Shown piece after piece: positions 36,636-46,717 of a stretch of DNA of 62,506 nucleotides (position 1 is its first letter; each line of letters begins with the position of its first letter). A model generated the notes under the pieces. It had not been told where the DNA came from, searched no databases, and saw only the letters and a list, made by a program, of their open reading frames with translations. The stretch is from Verrucomicrobiia bacterium (GTDB taxonomy: Bacteria > Verrucomicrobiota > Verrucomicrobiia > Limisphaerales > Palsa-1400): contig DATAXU010000018.1 of assembly GCA_036272955.1 (NCBI GenBank), positions 1 to 62,506 of the forward strand, in the 5' to 3' direction. A program made the translations under genes and the position numbers.

Positions 36636-37877
36636 ATGCGTGTGGAACCAGTTGCGGTGCGGGATAGCACGGAGATCGCGGAGAGCACAGTTTTGTCTGT
36701 TCTCCTTGCGATCAGCTTTTGCCATTTGCTCAACGACACAATGCAGTCGCTTATTTCGGCAATCTATCCCGTCGTCAAGAATGTGTTTCACCTCAATTAC
36801 ACGGAGGTGGGGCTGATCACACTGACCTTCCAGATGACAGCCTCGTTGCTGCAACCGATCGTCGGTTTTTATACGGACAAACGGCCGCATCCGTACTCGC
36901 TCGCAATCGGAATGTGTTTTACTTTGTGCGGACTAATATTGCTCTCAAGGGCGCCCGATTATCGAATTTTGCTGGTTTCAGTGGCGCTGGTGGGAGTCGG
37001 ATCGTCCGTCTTTCATCCGGAGGCATCGCGCATGGCGTACATGGCGGCTGGCGTTCGGCATGGATTTGCGCAGGCAGTTTTTCAAGTGGGCGGGAACGCG
37101 GGCAGTTCCCTGGGACCGTTGATGGCGGCCCTGATCGTGGTGGGAGATCATGCGCAGGCCCGCGTGCTGTGGTTCTCGGCGGCGGCGGTGTTCGCGATCG
37201 CCATTTTGTGGAATATCGGCCATTGGTACAAGAAAAACACATTTCGGCTGAATCCAAAAGCCCACAAAGCGAAGCCGCACGGCCATGTGGAGCTGTCGCG
37301 GCGCAAAGTGGTCTTGTCATTGGCCATATTGGTCATTTTGGTTTTTTCCAAATATTTTTATTTGTCGAGTTTGAGCAGCTACTTCACTTTTTATCTCATG
37401 GCAAAGTTCAATGTGTCGATTCAAAGCGCGCAGCTTTACCTGTTTTTGTTTCTTTTCTCCGTCGCGGTGGGGACATTTATCGGTGGACCCGTTGGCGACC
37501 GGATTGGCCGGAAGTACGTCATCTGGGTGTCAATATTGGGCGTGGCACCGTTCACGTTGTTGATGCCGCACGTGAACTTGTTCTGGACGGCGGTCCTGTC
37601 GGTGGTCATTGGATTGATCTTGTCGTCAGCGTTTACAGCGATTTTGGTTTTTGCGCAGGAACTTGTGCCTGGAAAAGTCGGAATGATCGCAGGGTTGTTC
37701 TTCGGCCTAGCTTTTGGGATGGGCGGGTTGGGGTCGGCCGTGTTGGGGCGCCTGGCGGACGTTACCAGCATTCGGTTTGTTTACCAGGTATGCGCTTATC
37801 TTCCGCTCATTGGGCTGCTGGCCGGCTTTTTGCCGAATCTCGAACCCGCACGCGCAAAGGGAAATGAGAAGGAGTGA
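36636..37877 (+). CDS. MFS transporter, Fsr (fosmidomycin-resistance)-like
   Basis: [26 protein letters not shown] and a 12-TM layout. The start is ATG 36636; the track begins at TTG 36618. Confidence 0.8.
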   Translation: MRVEPVAVRDSTEIAESTVLSVLLAISFCHLLNDTMQSLISAIYPVVKNVFHLNYTEVGLITLTFQMTASLLQPIVGFYTDKRPHPYSLAIGMCFTLCGLILLSRAPDYRILLVSVALVGVGSSVFHPEASRMAYMAAGVRHGFAQAVFQVGGNAGSSLGPLMAALIVVGDHAQARVLWFSAAAVFAIAILWNIGHWYKKNTFRLNPKAHKAKPHGHVELSRRKVVLSLAILVILVFSKYFYLSSLSSYFTFYLMAKFNVSIQSAQLYLFLFLFSVAVGTFIGGPVGDRIGRKYVIWVSILGVAPFTLLMPHVNLFWTAVLSVVIGLILSSAFTAILVFAQELVPGKVGMIAGLFFGLAFGMGGLGSAVLGRLADVTSIRFVYQVCAYLPLIGLLAGFLPNLEPARAKGNEKE

Positions 37878-37925
37878 ACGCAACTTTGGTTTTGAATTGG
37901 TGTTCATCCAAGAAGCTCATTATAT

Positions 37926-38453
37926 TTGAAGACGATGAACTTGAAAGCACCGGCCTGGTTGCTGGGACTTCTTTTGTTGGCGGAAGGAGGTCTGGTTATG
38001 GCCGCCTCTTCCGCCGAGAATCCGTACGCCGTGATCGGCGAGCGCAATGTTTTTCATTTAAATCCGCCTCCGATTCCGCCGCCTCCGGAAGCGCCGAAAA
38101 CGGAGTTGCCGGACATCAAACTTTCGGGATTCCTAAAAATCGGAAAGACCACACACGCGCTTTTCGTTTACACTCCCAAGGACAAAAAGGAGCCGCCGAT
38201 CTATTATGATTTGGTCGATGGCGAGAAACAGGGCATCCTGGAAGTGGTGAAAATCCGCGAGGACGAAGAGGAGGTGGAGGTCATTAATAGCGGTACTCCT
38301 ACAACGCTCAATTTGAAGGAAAACAGTCTTGAATCCAAGGCGCCCGTCGCGGCGAACACTGCGTCGGAGGGTCGTCGTCGGCCTTCGGTCTTTTCTCAAA
38401 GGGGCAATCCCTTTGCCTTTCCAATACCGCAACGCCGAACGCGAATGCAGTAA
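37926..38453 (+). CDS. Hypothetical secreted protein with a Pro-rich linker
   Basis: 175 aa. Signal/anchor WLLGLLLLAEGGLVMAAS, NPPPIPPPPEAP linker, small beta domain. I recognise no family. Confidence 0.5.
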   Translation: MKTMNLKAPAWLLGLLLLAEGGLVMAASSAENPYAVIGERNVFHLNPPPIPPPPEAPKTELPDIKLSGFLKIGKTTHALFVYTPKDKKEPPIYYDLVDGEKQGILEVVKIREDEEEVEVINSGTPTTLNLKENSLESKAPVAANTASEGRRRPSVFSQRGNPFAFPIPQRRTRMQ

Positions 38454-38467
38454 GATTCGTTCATACA

Positions 38468-39313
38468 ATGCCTGCAAATTCGGAGCCACAACCGACCCAG
38501 TTCGAGATTTTCGCCGGGGATTGTGTTCGGGGAATGAAAAGCTTAAAGGAGCAGTCCGTCGATGTGGTGGTGACCTCGCCACCGTATAACCTTGGGAAGG
38601 AATACAGCACCTACGAGGACAATAAAACTCCCAGGGAATATCTTAAGTGGTGCGGGGAATGGCTCCGGGAATTGCGGCGCGTGATCAAACCTGGCGGTTC
38701 TTTTTTCCTCAACCTTGGCAGCACATCGGCTAATCCGTTTTTCGCATTTGAGGTTGCCGCGGTGGCGAAGAAGCGGTTTGAATTGCAAAACACGATTCAT
38801 TGGATCAAATCCATCTCGATTGATAAAGACGATGGCACCGAGTCTTCCGGCCATTTCAAGCCGATCAATTCGGCCCGGTTTCTCAATGATTGCCATGAAT
38901 ATGTATTTCACTTCACGCCCGAGGGGAAAACTCCGCTGAACCGCCTGGCCATTGGCGTTCCTTATGCCGACAAAAGCAACATCAAACGATGGGCGCACAC
39001 GGCGGGGCGCGATAAACGATGCAGGGGCAATACCTGGTTTATTCCTTACAAGACAATTCAACGGAGAGCAAAGGAACGCCCGCATCCCGCAACATTTCCG
39101 ACGGAACTCGCGGTCAAATGCATCCGGCTACATGGCAGAAAAGAAGCCATTGTCCTCGACCCATTTCTTGGAATCGGCCATTCCGCATTTGCGGCAAAGG
39201 AATGTCCCGACCTCGTTTCGACTTTTATCGGATTTGATATCGACGAAGAGTACGTGCGTGTCGCCTGCGAGGTCCTGGGTTGCCAGTCAAAAACTCTAGC
39301 CGGTCCGTTTTAG
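38468..39313 (+). CDS. Beta-class DNA methyltransferase (N4-cytosine or N6-adenine; SPPY motif), apparently orphan
   Basis: Motif IV VVVTSPPYN lies near the N-terminus. The AdoMet motif I VLDPFLGIGHSAFAA lies near the C-terminus, which is the beta permutation. HPATFP is also typical of the N-4/N-6 methylase family. Confidence 0.85.
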   Translation: MPANSEPQPTQFEIFAGDCVRGMKSLKEQSVDVVVTSPPYNLGKEYSTYEDNKTPREYLKWCGEWLRELRRVIKPGGSFFLNLGSTSANPFFAFEVAAVAKKRFELQNTIHWIKSISIDKDDGTESSGHFKPINSARFLNDCHEYVFHFTPEGKTPLNRLAIGVPYADKSNIKRWAHTAGRDKRCRGNTWFIPYKTIQRRAKERPHPATFPTELAVKCIRLHGRKEAIVLDPFLGIGHSAFAAKECPDLVSTFIGFDIDEEYVRVACEVLGCQSKTLAGPF

Positions 39314-41032
39314 TATCGCCACTGACTCGGCCGGAAGCACCACCGACGGGGAAGCGCCAGTGATCCCCACGTCGGAGGCGAGGACCAATTGGTGCGTCCC
39401 TTCGCGCAGGGCCACAGAAGCAGGCTTGGTCGCCAAATTACACGCAATCGTCCAGTCCCCCCGCTCCACCAACAACCAGGAATCCTCCTCACTAAAATGA
39501 GTGCGCACGGCTTCTAAACGTCCGTCGGACAAGGATTGTTCAGACCGCCGCAATCGAATGAGCTGCTTATGCCAGGAGAGCAAATCCGCGTGCGTCGGAC
39601 GGCTCAATTCCGTCCAGTCGAGCTTGGATCGGGTGAACGTTCCGGCATCTTGCGGATCGGGAATTTCATCGGGTTTCCATCCGAAAGCGGCGAATTCCTT
39701 GCGCCGGCCTTCCCGCACAGCTTCGGCCAGATTTTTGTCTTCGTGATCGCAAAAATAAAGAAACGGGGTGGACGCGCCCCATTCTTCACCCTCAAAGAAC
39801 ATTGGCAAAAAAGGAGAAGTGAAAATAAGAGCGGCGCCGATTTTCAGGCGTCCGACGTTCATCAGGCGATTGCTGCGATCGCCGAGGGCGCGATTGCCGA
39901 CCTGGTCATGGTTCTGCAAATACGCCACGAAATGGTGGCCGTCCAAACCAGAGGGCGAACGCCCATGCCGCCTTTGTCTGAATACGGAATAGCGCCCGTC
40001 ATAAACATAGACTTGACGCAAGGCTTTGGCGAGATCGGCAATAGGGCCGAAATCGGCGTAATAGCCTGTGCGCTCGCCGGTCAGAACGCTGTGTAATGCA
40101 TGATGAAAATCGTCGTTCCAATGCGCGTTCAAGGCAAAACCGCCCCGGCCCGGCGATCGCAGGATGCGCGGATCATTTCGCTCATCCTCGGCAATCAACG
40201 AAAGATGCCGTCCAACCTGCGCCTCCAACTCCCTGACCTCCGCGGCCAGTTGCTCAAGAAACGGTGCGGCGGAAAGATCAACAATGGCATGCACTGCGTC
40301 CAGGCGAAGGCCGTCAAAGTGATAATCGCGCAACCATTGCACCGCGTTGTCGCAGAAAAAACGCCGCACTTCGTCGCTCCAGGAGCCGTCGAAATTGATC
40401 GCCGGTCCCCACGGGGTTGAATAACCGGGTTTGAAGAAAGGGGCGAATTTTTTCCAATGATGTCCCGCCGGCCCAAAGTGATTGTAAACAACGTCAAGTA
40501 TAACGGCCAGATGTTTGACGTGGCACGCATTGACGAGGCGCTTCAATCCTTCCGGCCCGCCATAGGCGTGATGCGGCGCGTACACGGTGACGCCGTCGTA
40601 ACCCCACCCGCGGTTTCCGACAAATTCGTTCACGGGCATTAATTCCAGATGCGTCACGCCCAGGTCGATGAGATGGTCGAGTTTCTCGATGGCAGCCTCG
40701 AAGGTTCCAGCGGGTGCGAATGTGCCGACGTGCATTTCATAAAGCACAGATGACGAGAGCGGCGGCGCCTGCCAGCCGGCGTCAGTCCAGGTAAACGTAT
40801 GATGATGGACGCGGCGCGAAAGCCCCAACGCGCCATGCGGCTGGCTGGCCGACCGCGGGTCCGGCAGCGGCCCCTCCCCGTCGAGGATAAAGCCATAATC
40901 GCCGTCGGCATCCAGTGAGGAAACCTCGGCGATACACCAGCCATTGGCATCGCGAGTCATCGGCACGCAGCGCGAGCCGAGTTGCAGTTCGACTTTTTTT
41001 GGGATTGGCGCCCAGACCCGAATGTTTTCCAT
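39296..41032 (-). CDS. treZ: Malto-oligosyltrehalose trehalohydrolase
   Basis: 578 aa GH13 enzyme. Motifs: GVTHLELMPVNEFVGNRGWGYDGV, FDGLRLDAVHAI, EDERN, YLQNHDQVGNR, and a C-terminal TreZ beta domain. Confidence 0.88.
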   Translation of the reverse strand: MENIRVWAPIPKKVELQLGSRCVPMTRDANGWCIAEVSSLDADGDYGFILDGEGPLPDPRSASQPHGALGLSRRVHHHTFTWTDAGWQAPPLSSSVLYEMHVGTFAPAGTFEAAIEKLDHLIDLGVTHLELMPVNEFVGNRGWGYDGVTVYAPHHAYGGPEGLKRLVNACHVKHLAVILDVVYNHFGPAGHHWKKFAPFFKPGYSTPWGPAINFDGSWSDEVRRFFCDNAVQWLRDYHFDGLRLDAVHAIVDLSAAPFLEQLAAEVRELEAQVGRHLSLIAEDERNDPRILRSPGRGGFALNAHWNDDFHHALHSVLTGERTGYYADFGPIADLAKALRQVYVYDGRYSVFRQRRHGRSPSGLDGHHFVAYLQNHDQVGNRALGDRSNRLMNVGRLKIGAALIFTSPFLPMFFEGEEWGASTPFLYFCDHEDKNLAEAVREGRRKEFAAFGWKPDEIPDPQDAGTFTRSKLDWTELSRPTHADLLSWHKQLIRLRRSEQSLSDGRLEAVRTHFSEEDSWLLVERGDWTIACNLATKPASVALREGTHQLVLASDVGITGASPSVVLPAESVAILKRTG

Positions 41033-41040
41033 ACCACCTC

Positions 41041-43602
41041 CTATTCCCTTATCAAGAAGGCCACCGGAAAATGCGCGGTCAGCACAGACATATCGCCGTT
41101 CGAAACGTCCTCATTGGTGAGCGCATTGTGCCAACGGCCAGCCGGCAGTTTTACGGTCGTGTTGGACCAATGTCCTTTTATTCCTCGAACCAATCTCGGG
41201 GCAATTGTCACAACATTTCCGCCGCGGGCAAATGCCACCACGTGTGCCGCCTTTGCGCCTCGAACGGTCAAGGCCGCGTAGCGCCCCGCCGCGCTAAAGC
41301 AAGCCGCAAACCGGCGGCGCGTCTCCAGGACTTTCCAGATGAGCCATAATTTTGACATTCCACTTGGACGCTGCTGCCACGCCTTGTCCGCGTCGAGCGT
41401 TTGGGCGGTTGCGAGCATTTGTTTGCGGCGCGCAAGATCGACTGGGCGGCGGTTATCGGGATCGGCAAGCGACAAGTCCCATAATTCGCCGCCTTGATAA
41501 AGATCCGGCACGCCGGGGGCGGTTAACTGCACAAGCGTTTGCGCCAGGGAAGTGACGCGCGCGTCATCTTCGAGGCTAGAAACAAATCGTTTTAAATCGG
41601 CCATGAAATCGGAATTGTCGAGGGCGCCTTCGATGAACGACCTCAACGCCTGCTCGTATTCCGGGACCTGCCGGTTCCAATCCGTATGCTCCTTTGCTTC
41701 GCGGACGGCTTTTTGCATGTAGTCAACAATCCGTTGCCGTGAAAGCGGCCACGCGCCTACCAATGTTTGATAGAGGAAGTATTCCGTTTTTTGATCGGGC
41801 CAGTTTCCCGTGCGGTTGTGGTCATTCAATTTAGCCCAGCGCCGGACTGTCTGCGCCCATTCCTGCGGCATTTGAGAGAGAAGACAGAGTCGGGCGCGAA
41901 CGTCCGCGCCTCGCTTGGTATCGTGCGTTGAAACGGAATTCATGGAATGCGGCCATGCCTCCTGTCGGCGGCGGCACATCTGGTGAAACGCCGCCACGCT
42001 TAACCCGAAACGCCCGGGATCTCCGCCCACTTCATTAAGGACGATAAACCGGTTATAACAATAAAATGCGGTGTCCTCAGCGGCTTTGGCCATGATGGCG
42101 CCGGTCAATTGTTGGAAGCGCCGGACAAAATCATCCTCGATCATTCCTCGCCGCCGAAACAGCAGCAGTTCCTCAATAAAATCAAAAAGTTCCGGAGGCA
42201 ATTCGGGCCGTGCCTTTCGGGCGGCTGTCGCGGCGTCGTGAATGACGCGCAAATCGCGTTCCGCCACTTCCGTCGTACCTGTTCCCACGTAAGTTCGATA
42301 AACGGGCAGCCCGATGGCCACCTCCGTCCACCCCTGGCAAAGTTCAGTGCGGGTAAAATCGCGGCAACGCCAATGAGCTGCCGCGATCTCGAGCAACAGT
42401 TCGGTCAAACGATTTGTTTCCGCCGCGAAATCTCCTTGGATGATTTGCCGTTTCTTTTGATGAACGATCGTGGAATATTTCGCGCGGTCGCCTGTGAAAT
42501 CGCGATATAATTTCGAGAACCGTTTCTCCCCGAGCGGATCTATGAACAGTCCGCAGACATCATTTAGAAAATCGTAGCCGGTGGTGCCGCTGACCGGCCA
42601 TGACGGACACAAACCCTCGCCTGGCCCCAGGATCTTTTCGATCACGATCCATGCCCCCGGCACGGCTTGCCGCAGGCGTTGCAAGTACTGTTCGGGATTG
42701 CGCAACCCGTCAACGTGGTCCACGCGAAGTCCATTTACCCAGCCCTTTTCCAGCCACTGTTTGACAAGTGAAAAACTTTGCTCAAAAACCGACGCCTCCT
42801 CGATCCGAAGCCCCGCCAGTCCTGTGATCGTAAAAAAGCGACGGTAATTCAGCACGGTCTCGCCGGTGCGCCAATACATCGGCACGTAATTTTGCATTCG
42901 GACAATTTCGTCGATTCTATCGGGGCTTTTGTTGATTTTTTCCACGACGGCGCTGGAGTTGGAATCGCCCACGCGTTGAAGAGTCGCGGGACTAACGAGC
43001 AGCCTCACCTCTCCGCATTGAAGTTGAAGCACGCCGTTATGGTGCGCCAGCCGAATGGCTCCGCGCTGCAATTCACGGTGATAATAATCCGGGAGAATCG
43101 GCAGCACGACTTTACCCCTCAGACGCGGATCGCTGGAGTTCCAATCAATGTCAAAAAATCCGGCGTAACGGCTCGCCTTTCCCCGGGCCAGGACGTCCTG
43201 CCACCATCGGTTTTCGGGGCCTGCGATTCCCATGTGATTTGGAACGATGTCCAGTATGAGGCCCATGGAGTGTCGGGCCAATTCCTCGTGCAACGTCTCG
43301 AGATCCCTTTCCGTTCCCAGCTCGGGATTTAACATTTGAAAATCGCAAATGTCGTAGCCGTGGGTACTGCCGGGACACGCTTTAAGCAATGGCGAGGCAT
43401 ACACGTGGCTGATGCCCAGTTGAGACAAGTAGGGCGCCAATTCGCGCGCATGGGTGAGAGTAAATTCAGAGTTGAATTGGAGCCGGTAAGTGGCGCGCGG
43501 CACACCACGTAAGTGGCCTTTTCCGACGTGACTCGCCGTTTCGCGGCGCTTTGCGAAGGATTTCGCGGGAGCATATTGTTTGGTTGCAGCGGAAGACGTC
43601 AT
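41041..43602 (-). CDS. treY: Malto-oligosyltrehalose synthase
   Basis: 853 aa. ATYRLQFNSEFTLTHARELAPYLSQLGISHVYASPLLKACPGSTHGYD and GLRVDHVDGL are classic TreY blocks. Confidence 0.88.
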   Translation of the reverse strand: MTSSAATKQYAPAKSFAKRRETASHVGKGHLRGVPRATYRLQFNSEFTLTHARELAPYLSQLGISHVYASPLLKACPGSTHGYDICDFQMLNPELGTERDLETLHEELARHSMGLILDIVPNHMGIAGPENRWWQDVLARGKASRYAGFFDIDWNSSDPRLRGKVVLPILPDYYHRELQRGAIRLAHHNGVLQLQCGEVRLLVSPATLQRVGDSNSSAVVEKINKSPDRIDEIVRMQNYVPMYWRTGETVLNYRRFFTITGLAGLRIEEASVFEQSFSLVKQWLEKGWVNGLRVDHVDGLRNPEQYLQRLRQAVPGAWIVIEKILGPGEGLCPSWPVSGTTGYDFLNDVCGLFIDPLGEKRFSKLYRDFTGDRAKYSTIVHQKKRQIIQGDFAAETNRLTELLLEIAAAHWRCRDFTRTELCQGWTEVAIGLPVYRTYVGTGTTEVAERDLRVIHDAATAARKARPELPPELFDFIEELLLFRRRGMIEDDFVRRFQQLTGAIMAKAAEDTAFYCYNRFIVLNEVGGDPGRFGLSVAAFHQMCRRRQEAWPHSMNSVSTHDTKRGADVRARLCLLSQMPQEWAQTVRRWAKLNDHNRTGNWPDQKTEYFLYQTLVGAWPLSRQRIVDYMQKAVREAKEHTDWNRQVPEYEQALRSFIEGALDNSDFMADLKRFVSSLEDDARVTSLAQTLVQLTAPGVPDLYQGGELWDLSLADPDNRRPVDLARRKQMLATAQTLDADKAWQQRPSGMSKLWLIWKVLETRRRFAACFSAAGRYAALTVRGAKAAHVVAFARGGNVVTIAPRLVRGIKGHWSNTTVKLPAGRWHNALTNEDVSNGDMSVLTAHFPVAFLIRE

Positions 43603-43616
43603 GAAGAATCGCGTCC

Positions 43617-46106
43617 CTAACCCGCCTGAGCAAGCGCGGGCTCACCAGCCTTCTCCGAACCTTCGGTCTCGGACGGTATAGCCTTATCCGTAATGAATTC
43701 CAACGATTCGCCCAATTCCACGTACAGCGCATCCAGCGCCTTCGCGCTTTCGTCTCCCTCGGCAATCCGTTTTGCCAACTGCGGACGCAGCTTGCGCGCA
43801 ATTTCAAAAAAGACATTTTGCGGTTTCCAAAGATTTGTTTCGCCAAGGACCTCATGGACCAGTTTCGCCGCGGCGATAAACTGCTTGAGGATATCCATAT
43901 CCTCCGGTGCCTGCACGAACCGATCGGTCAGCCTGTCGAAGTAGCCTTTGAATGAATATGCCAGCGATTCGTGGTCCAAATCGACGTGAGTCGCCTGGCA
44001 TTCCGCAACAAGGCTGCGGACCCGCTCCACGTCCAAATGCCCATTTTCGAGTTGACTGCGGATTTCATTATTGAGCACCACTTTGACGGCCATTTTCAAT
44101 TCATCGAGCGCCGGAGCGCGAACGTCAGCCAGATACCTCAACAGCGGCGCGTGACGCTCCACGATTAGCCGGTACGCCGCGTATATTTCATTTCGTGTTT
44201 CCGACATGATTTGATTGAGCAACTTGCGCTGCTCATCGCGAAAGAGAGTCTTGAGCGAATACTGCGCATGGCCGAAATGGCGATCCATGAGCCGGATAAT
44301 TTCGGCGAAATCAGCCCGCTCAAAAGCGCCCTGGGTCTCGGCGACCAACTCTTGGTAAGAGGCAGGATCCTGGTTGAGATGGACCCAACAATTCAGGTTA
44401 TGCCCCCCCAAATAGAGGACGGCGTACGTTAACGTGTCCGAAGCGAGAGTCACCACAAACGTAACGCGGGCACGGCCGATGGCCAACCGAGCGGCCCCGG
44501 ATGTAAGCATTTTTCGCTCCTCCTGATGAAACACGAAAGAATAGACCCGGGCATCGACGGGATAAGATTCAAATACAGAACTGACCGCATAATGGGCGCC
44601 CACGGTATCGCGAGTCACGATCGCGGGCTTGACGAATTTTTCATAGATCAAGCGGCCATCGCGATTTTCAGGAATATTGCTTTTGGCGCGGCTCAGCAAT
44701 TCGAGGAAGTGAGGCTCAAGGTCTTCGTTCCAGGTATCCAGAACAAGTTGCACAACGCGGGCGGCATATTGGATCACCTGCACGGTTTCGAGTCCCGAAA
44801 GTTCGTCAAAGAACCAGCCGCAACTGGTGTACATTAACATGGCGTGGCGCTGGGATTCGAGCATTCGCAAGGCGCGAATACGCTCGGCTTCATCCAATTT
44901 ATGCGTTGCGTGCGCGTCAAAAAAGCGATCCAGATTCTCCGGCGAACGATCCAGGATGACCTGGATATAGTCGTCCCGAGCTTTCCACGGGTCCTTGAGC
45001 AATTCGCGAACGTGGGACTCGTATTTGGGCGCGATTTCATCGCGCAGCCAATCCAACGCCTGCCGCAAGGGTTCGCGCCAATTCTGGTTCCAGTCGGAGT
45101 GTCCGCCGGAATTGCAGCCGCAGTTCTTTCGCCAGCGATCCACCCCATGCGAACAACTCCACGCGCTGGGCTGGTGAATTTCCACTTCATGCGTCGGCGG
45201 ATGGGTTTCGAGAAATTCGCCATACACCGTCAACTTGACGTCGGGAGTTTCTTCGATCGTTTTCAACGCGTATGCCAATGCCATGTCCCCATATTTAAAA
45301 TGGTGACCGTAGGATTCGCCGTCAGTCGCAACGTTTGTCAACTGGTCCCACGTCCGACTGTCGTTAAACGCGCCCATCAAACGTTCCGCAAAACGTCCGC
45401 CGTCCGTAAGCAATCGTTCAAACGCCACAGCCTGGGCGATGGGAGCGTCATAAAAAAAGACAGCGATGGAACGCCCCGACGGCAGCTTTACCAGATACGG
45501 CATCGACGGATCCAGCTTGCCTCCATTGACGTCCTGCCAATCTCCGCCCGCAATGAGCCGCACGCGGCTTGCCTGGAACGGCGAGAGAATGGTGAATTGA
45601 ATTCCGAACTGCGCCAACGCTTCCAACGACTCGGTATCCGCGCCGCATTCGGGCAGCCACATGCCTTCCGGAGCGCGTTTGAAATGATTCTCAAAATCAG
45701 CAATTCCCCACGCCACCTGTGTGAGTTTGTCGCGCATGTTGGCCAAAGGCATGATCAAATGGTTGTAACATTGCGCGATGGCGGAGCCGTGGCCGGAAAA
45801 GCGCCCCTGGCTTTCGAGATCGGCAGCCTGTATCGCTTCGAGGATATCCGGACACTTTTCTTTCATCCACGAAAGCAGCGTCGGGCCAAAATTGAAACTG
45901 ATGCGCGAATAGTTATTGACGATCCGCGCAATCCGGTTTCCGTCGAGGCCCCGGCAATGGGCATTTGGGGCGTAACATTCGGTCATGATCCGCTCATTCC
46001 AATCGTGGTAGGGATTGGCCGAGTCCTGCAATTCGACCGCTTCCAGCCACGGGTTCTCGCGCGGCGGCTGGTAAAAGTGTCCGTGAACACAAAGAAATTT
46101 CTTCAT
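43617..46106 (-). CDS. Glycoside hydrolase family 57 protein with a DUF3536-type C-terminal region
   Basis: Internal ATG of ORF 43617..46268. MKKFLCVHGHFYQPPRENPWLEAVELQDSANPYHDWNERI is the GH57 N-terminal signature. Confidence 0.85.
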   Translation of the reverse strand: MKKFLCVHGHFYQPPRENPWLEAVELQDSANPYHDWNERIMTECYAPNAHCRGLDGNRIARIVNNYSRISFNFGPTLLSWMKEKCPDILEAIQAADLESQGRFSGHGSAIAQCYNHLIMPLANMRDKLTQVAWGIADFENHFKRAPEGMWLPECGADTESLEALAQFGIQFTILSPFQASRVRLIAGGDWQDVNGGKLDPSMPYLVKLPSGRSIAVFFYDAPIAQAVAFERLLTDGGRFAERLMGAFNDSRTWDQLTNVATDGESYGHHFKYGDMALAYALKTIEETPDVKLTVYGEFLETHPPTHEVEIHQPSAWSCSHGVDRWRKNCGCNSGGHSDWNQNWREPLRQALDWLRDEIAPKYESHVRELLKDPWKARDDYIQVILDRSPENLDRFFDAHATHKLDEAERIRALRMLESQRHAMLMYTSCGWFFDELSGLETVQVIQYAARVVQLVLDTWNEDLEPHFLELLSRAKSNIPENRDGRLIYEKFVKPAIVTRDTVGAHYAVSSVFESYPVDARVYSFVFHQEERKMLTSGAARLAIGRARVTFVVTLASDTLTYAVLYLGGHNLNCWVHLNQDPASYQELVAETQGAFERADFAEIIRLMDRHFGHAQYSLKTLFRDEQRKLLNQIMSETRNEIYAAYRLIVERHAPLLRYLADVRAPALDELKMAVKVVLNNEIRSQLENGHLDVERVRSLVAECQATHVDLDHESLAYSFKGYFDRLTDRFVQAPEDMDILKQFIAAAKLVHEVLGETNLWKPQNVFFEIARKLRPQLAKRIAEGDESAKALDALYVELGESLEFITDKAIPSETEGSEKAGEPALAQAG

Positions 46107-46173
46107 TAAATATAAAACCCAAAAATCCGGCGGACGCCGCGCCCCATCGGCGTCCCGCCAGGATGGACACGGA

Positions 46174-46524
46174 CTACTTGAGGCTGATCTCGTCTTGCAC
46201 GTTTTGGACACCGTCCGTGTTTTTGGCCAATTCCTCGGCGTGCTTTTTGGCATCCTCGGAAGCGACAAAGCCGCTCAATTGCACGGTGCCTTTGAAGGTT
46301 GTCACATGAACGTCATCATATTTGAATTGGGAGTCTTTGCCGAGGGCGTCCTTGACCCTGGCCGTCGTCGCAGTGTCGTCAATGCTTTCGCCGGTGCTTT
46401 CATGATAACGATCCCCGGCGCATCCGGTCACCAGATACCCGGCCAAAATCGGCGCCAAGCCGACGCAAACCAAAGCAAAAGGCCGCTTGAGCGAATCTTT
46501 CCAATTTCCGACAGTCCTTTTCAT
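46174..46524 (-). CDS. BON-domain lipoprotein (OsmY-like)
   Basis: Lipobox LVTGC. BON core DDVHVTTFKGTVQLSGFVASEDAKKHAEELAKNTDGVQNVQDEI. Confidence 0.8.
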   Translation of the reverse strand: MKRTVGNWKDSLKRPFALVCVGLAPILAGYLVTGCAGDRYHESTGESIDDTATTARVKDALGKDSQFKYDDVHVTTFKGTVQLSGFVASEDAKKHAEELAKNTDGVQNVQDEISLK

Positions 46525-46717
46525 AATTTTTCCTTTTTGTTCCGTTTTTTCTTTTAGGTCATTTCCTAGCTTACCCGCGCTGAATATCCCTTAAGCCCAC
46601 CCGATTTCCCATAGGGTATTTCCCCCGATATTGGGGGTTTTTACCCCATTTCCCGCCAAGTTGTTCCCTGCCTAGATTGGGTGTCTTGGGCTAACGCTGT
46701 TTTTTATTAAGAGGAAA

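Noticed and set aside
36719-37867. 382-aa ORF in an alternative frame of the Fsr-like MFS gene. Similar long shadow ORFs occur at 44844..46109 (421 aa, antisense to GH57), 29858..30865 (335 aa), 31102..32112 (336 aa), 55433..56452 (339 aa), 53771..54754 (327 aa), 61176..62036 (286 aa, antisense to lpxD), 12550..13269, 15010..15666, 22063..22785, 4638..5318 and 33162..34076.
   Set aside because: All overlap CDSs that carry clear family motifs. Their translations are Arg/Gly/Pro/Cys-rich with no recognisable motifs or TM logic. They are typical open shadow frames of GC-rich coding DNA.
46622-46642. CCCCC-gatatt-GGGGG-TTTTT read as a rho-independent terminator.
   Set aside because: No co-directional gene ends upstream of it (the neighbouring BON gene is on the other strand and starts here). 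It is therefore kept only as an unexplained structured element, not annotated as a terminator.
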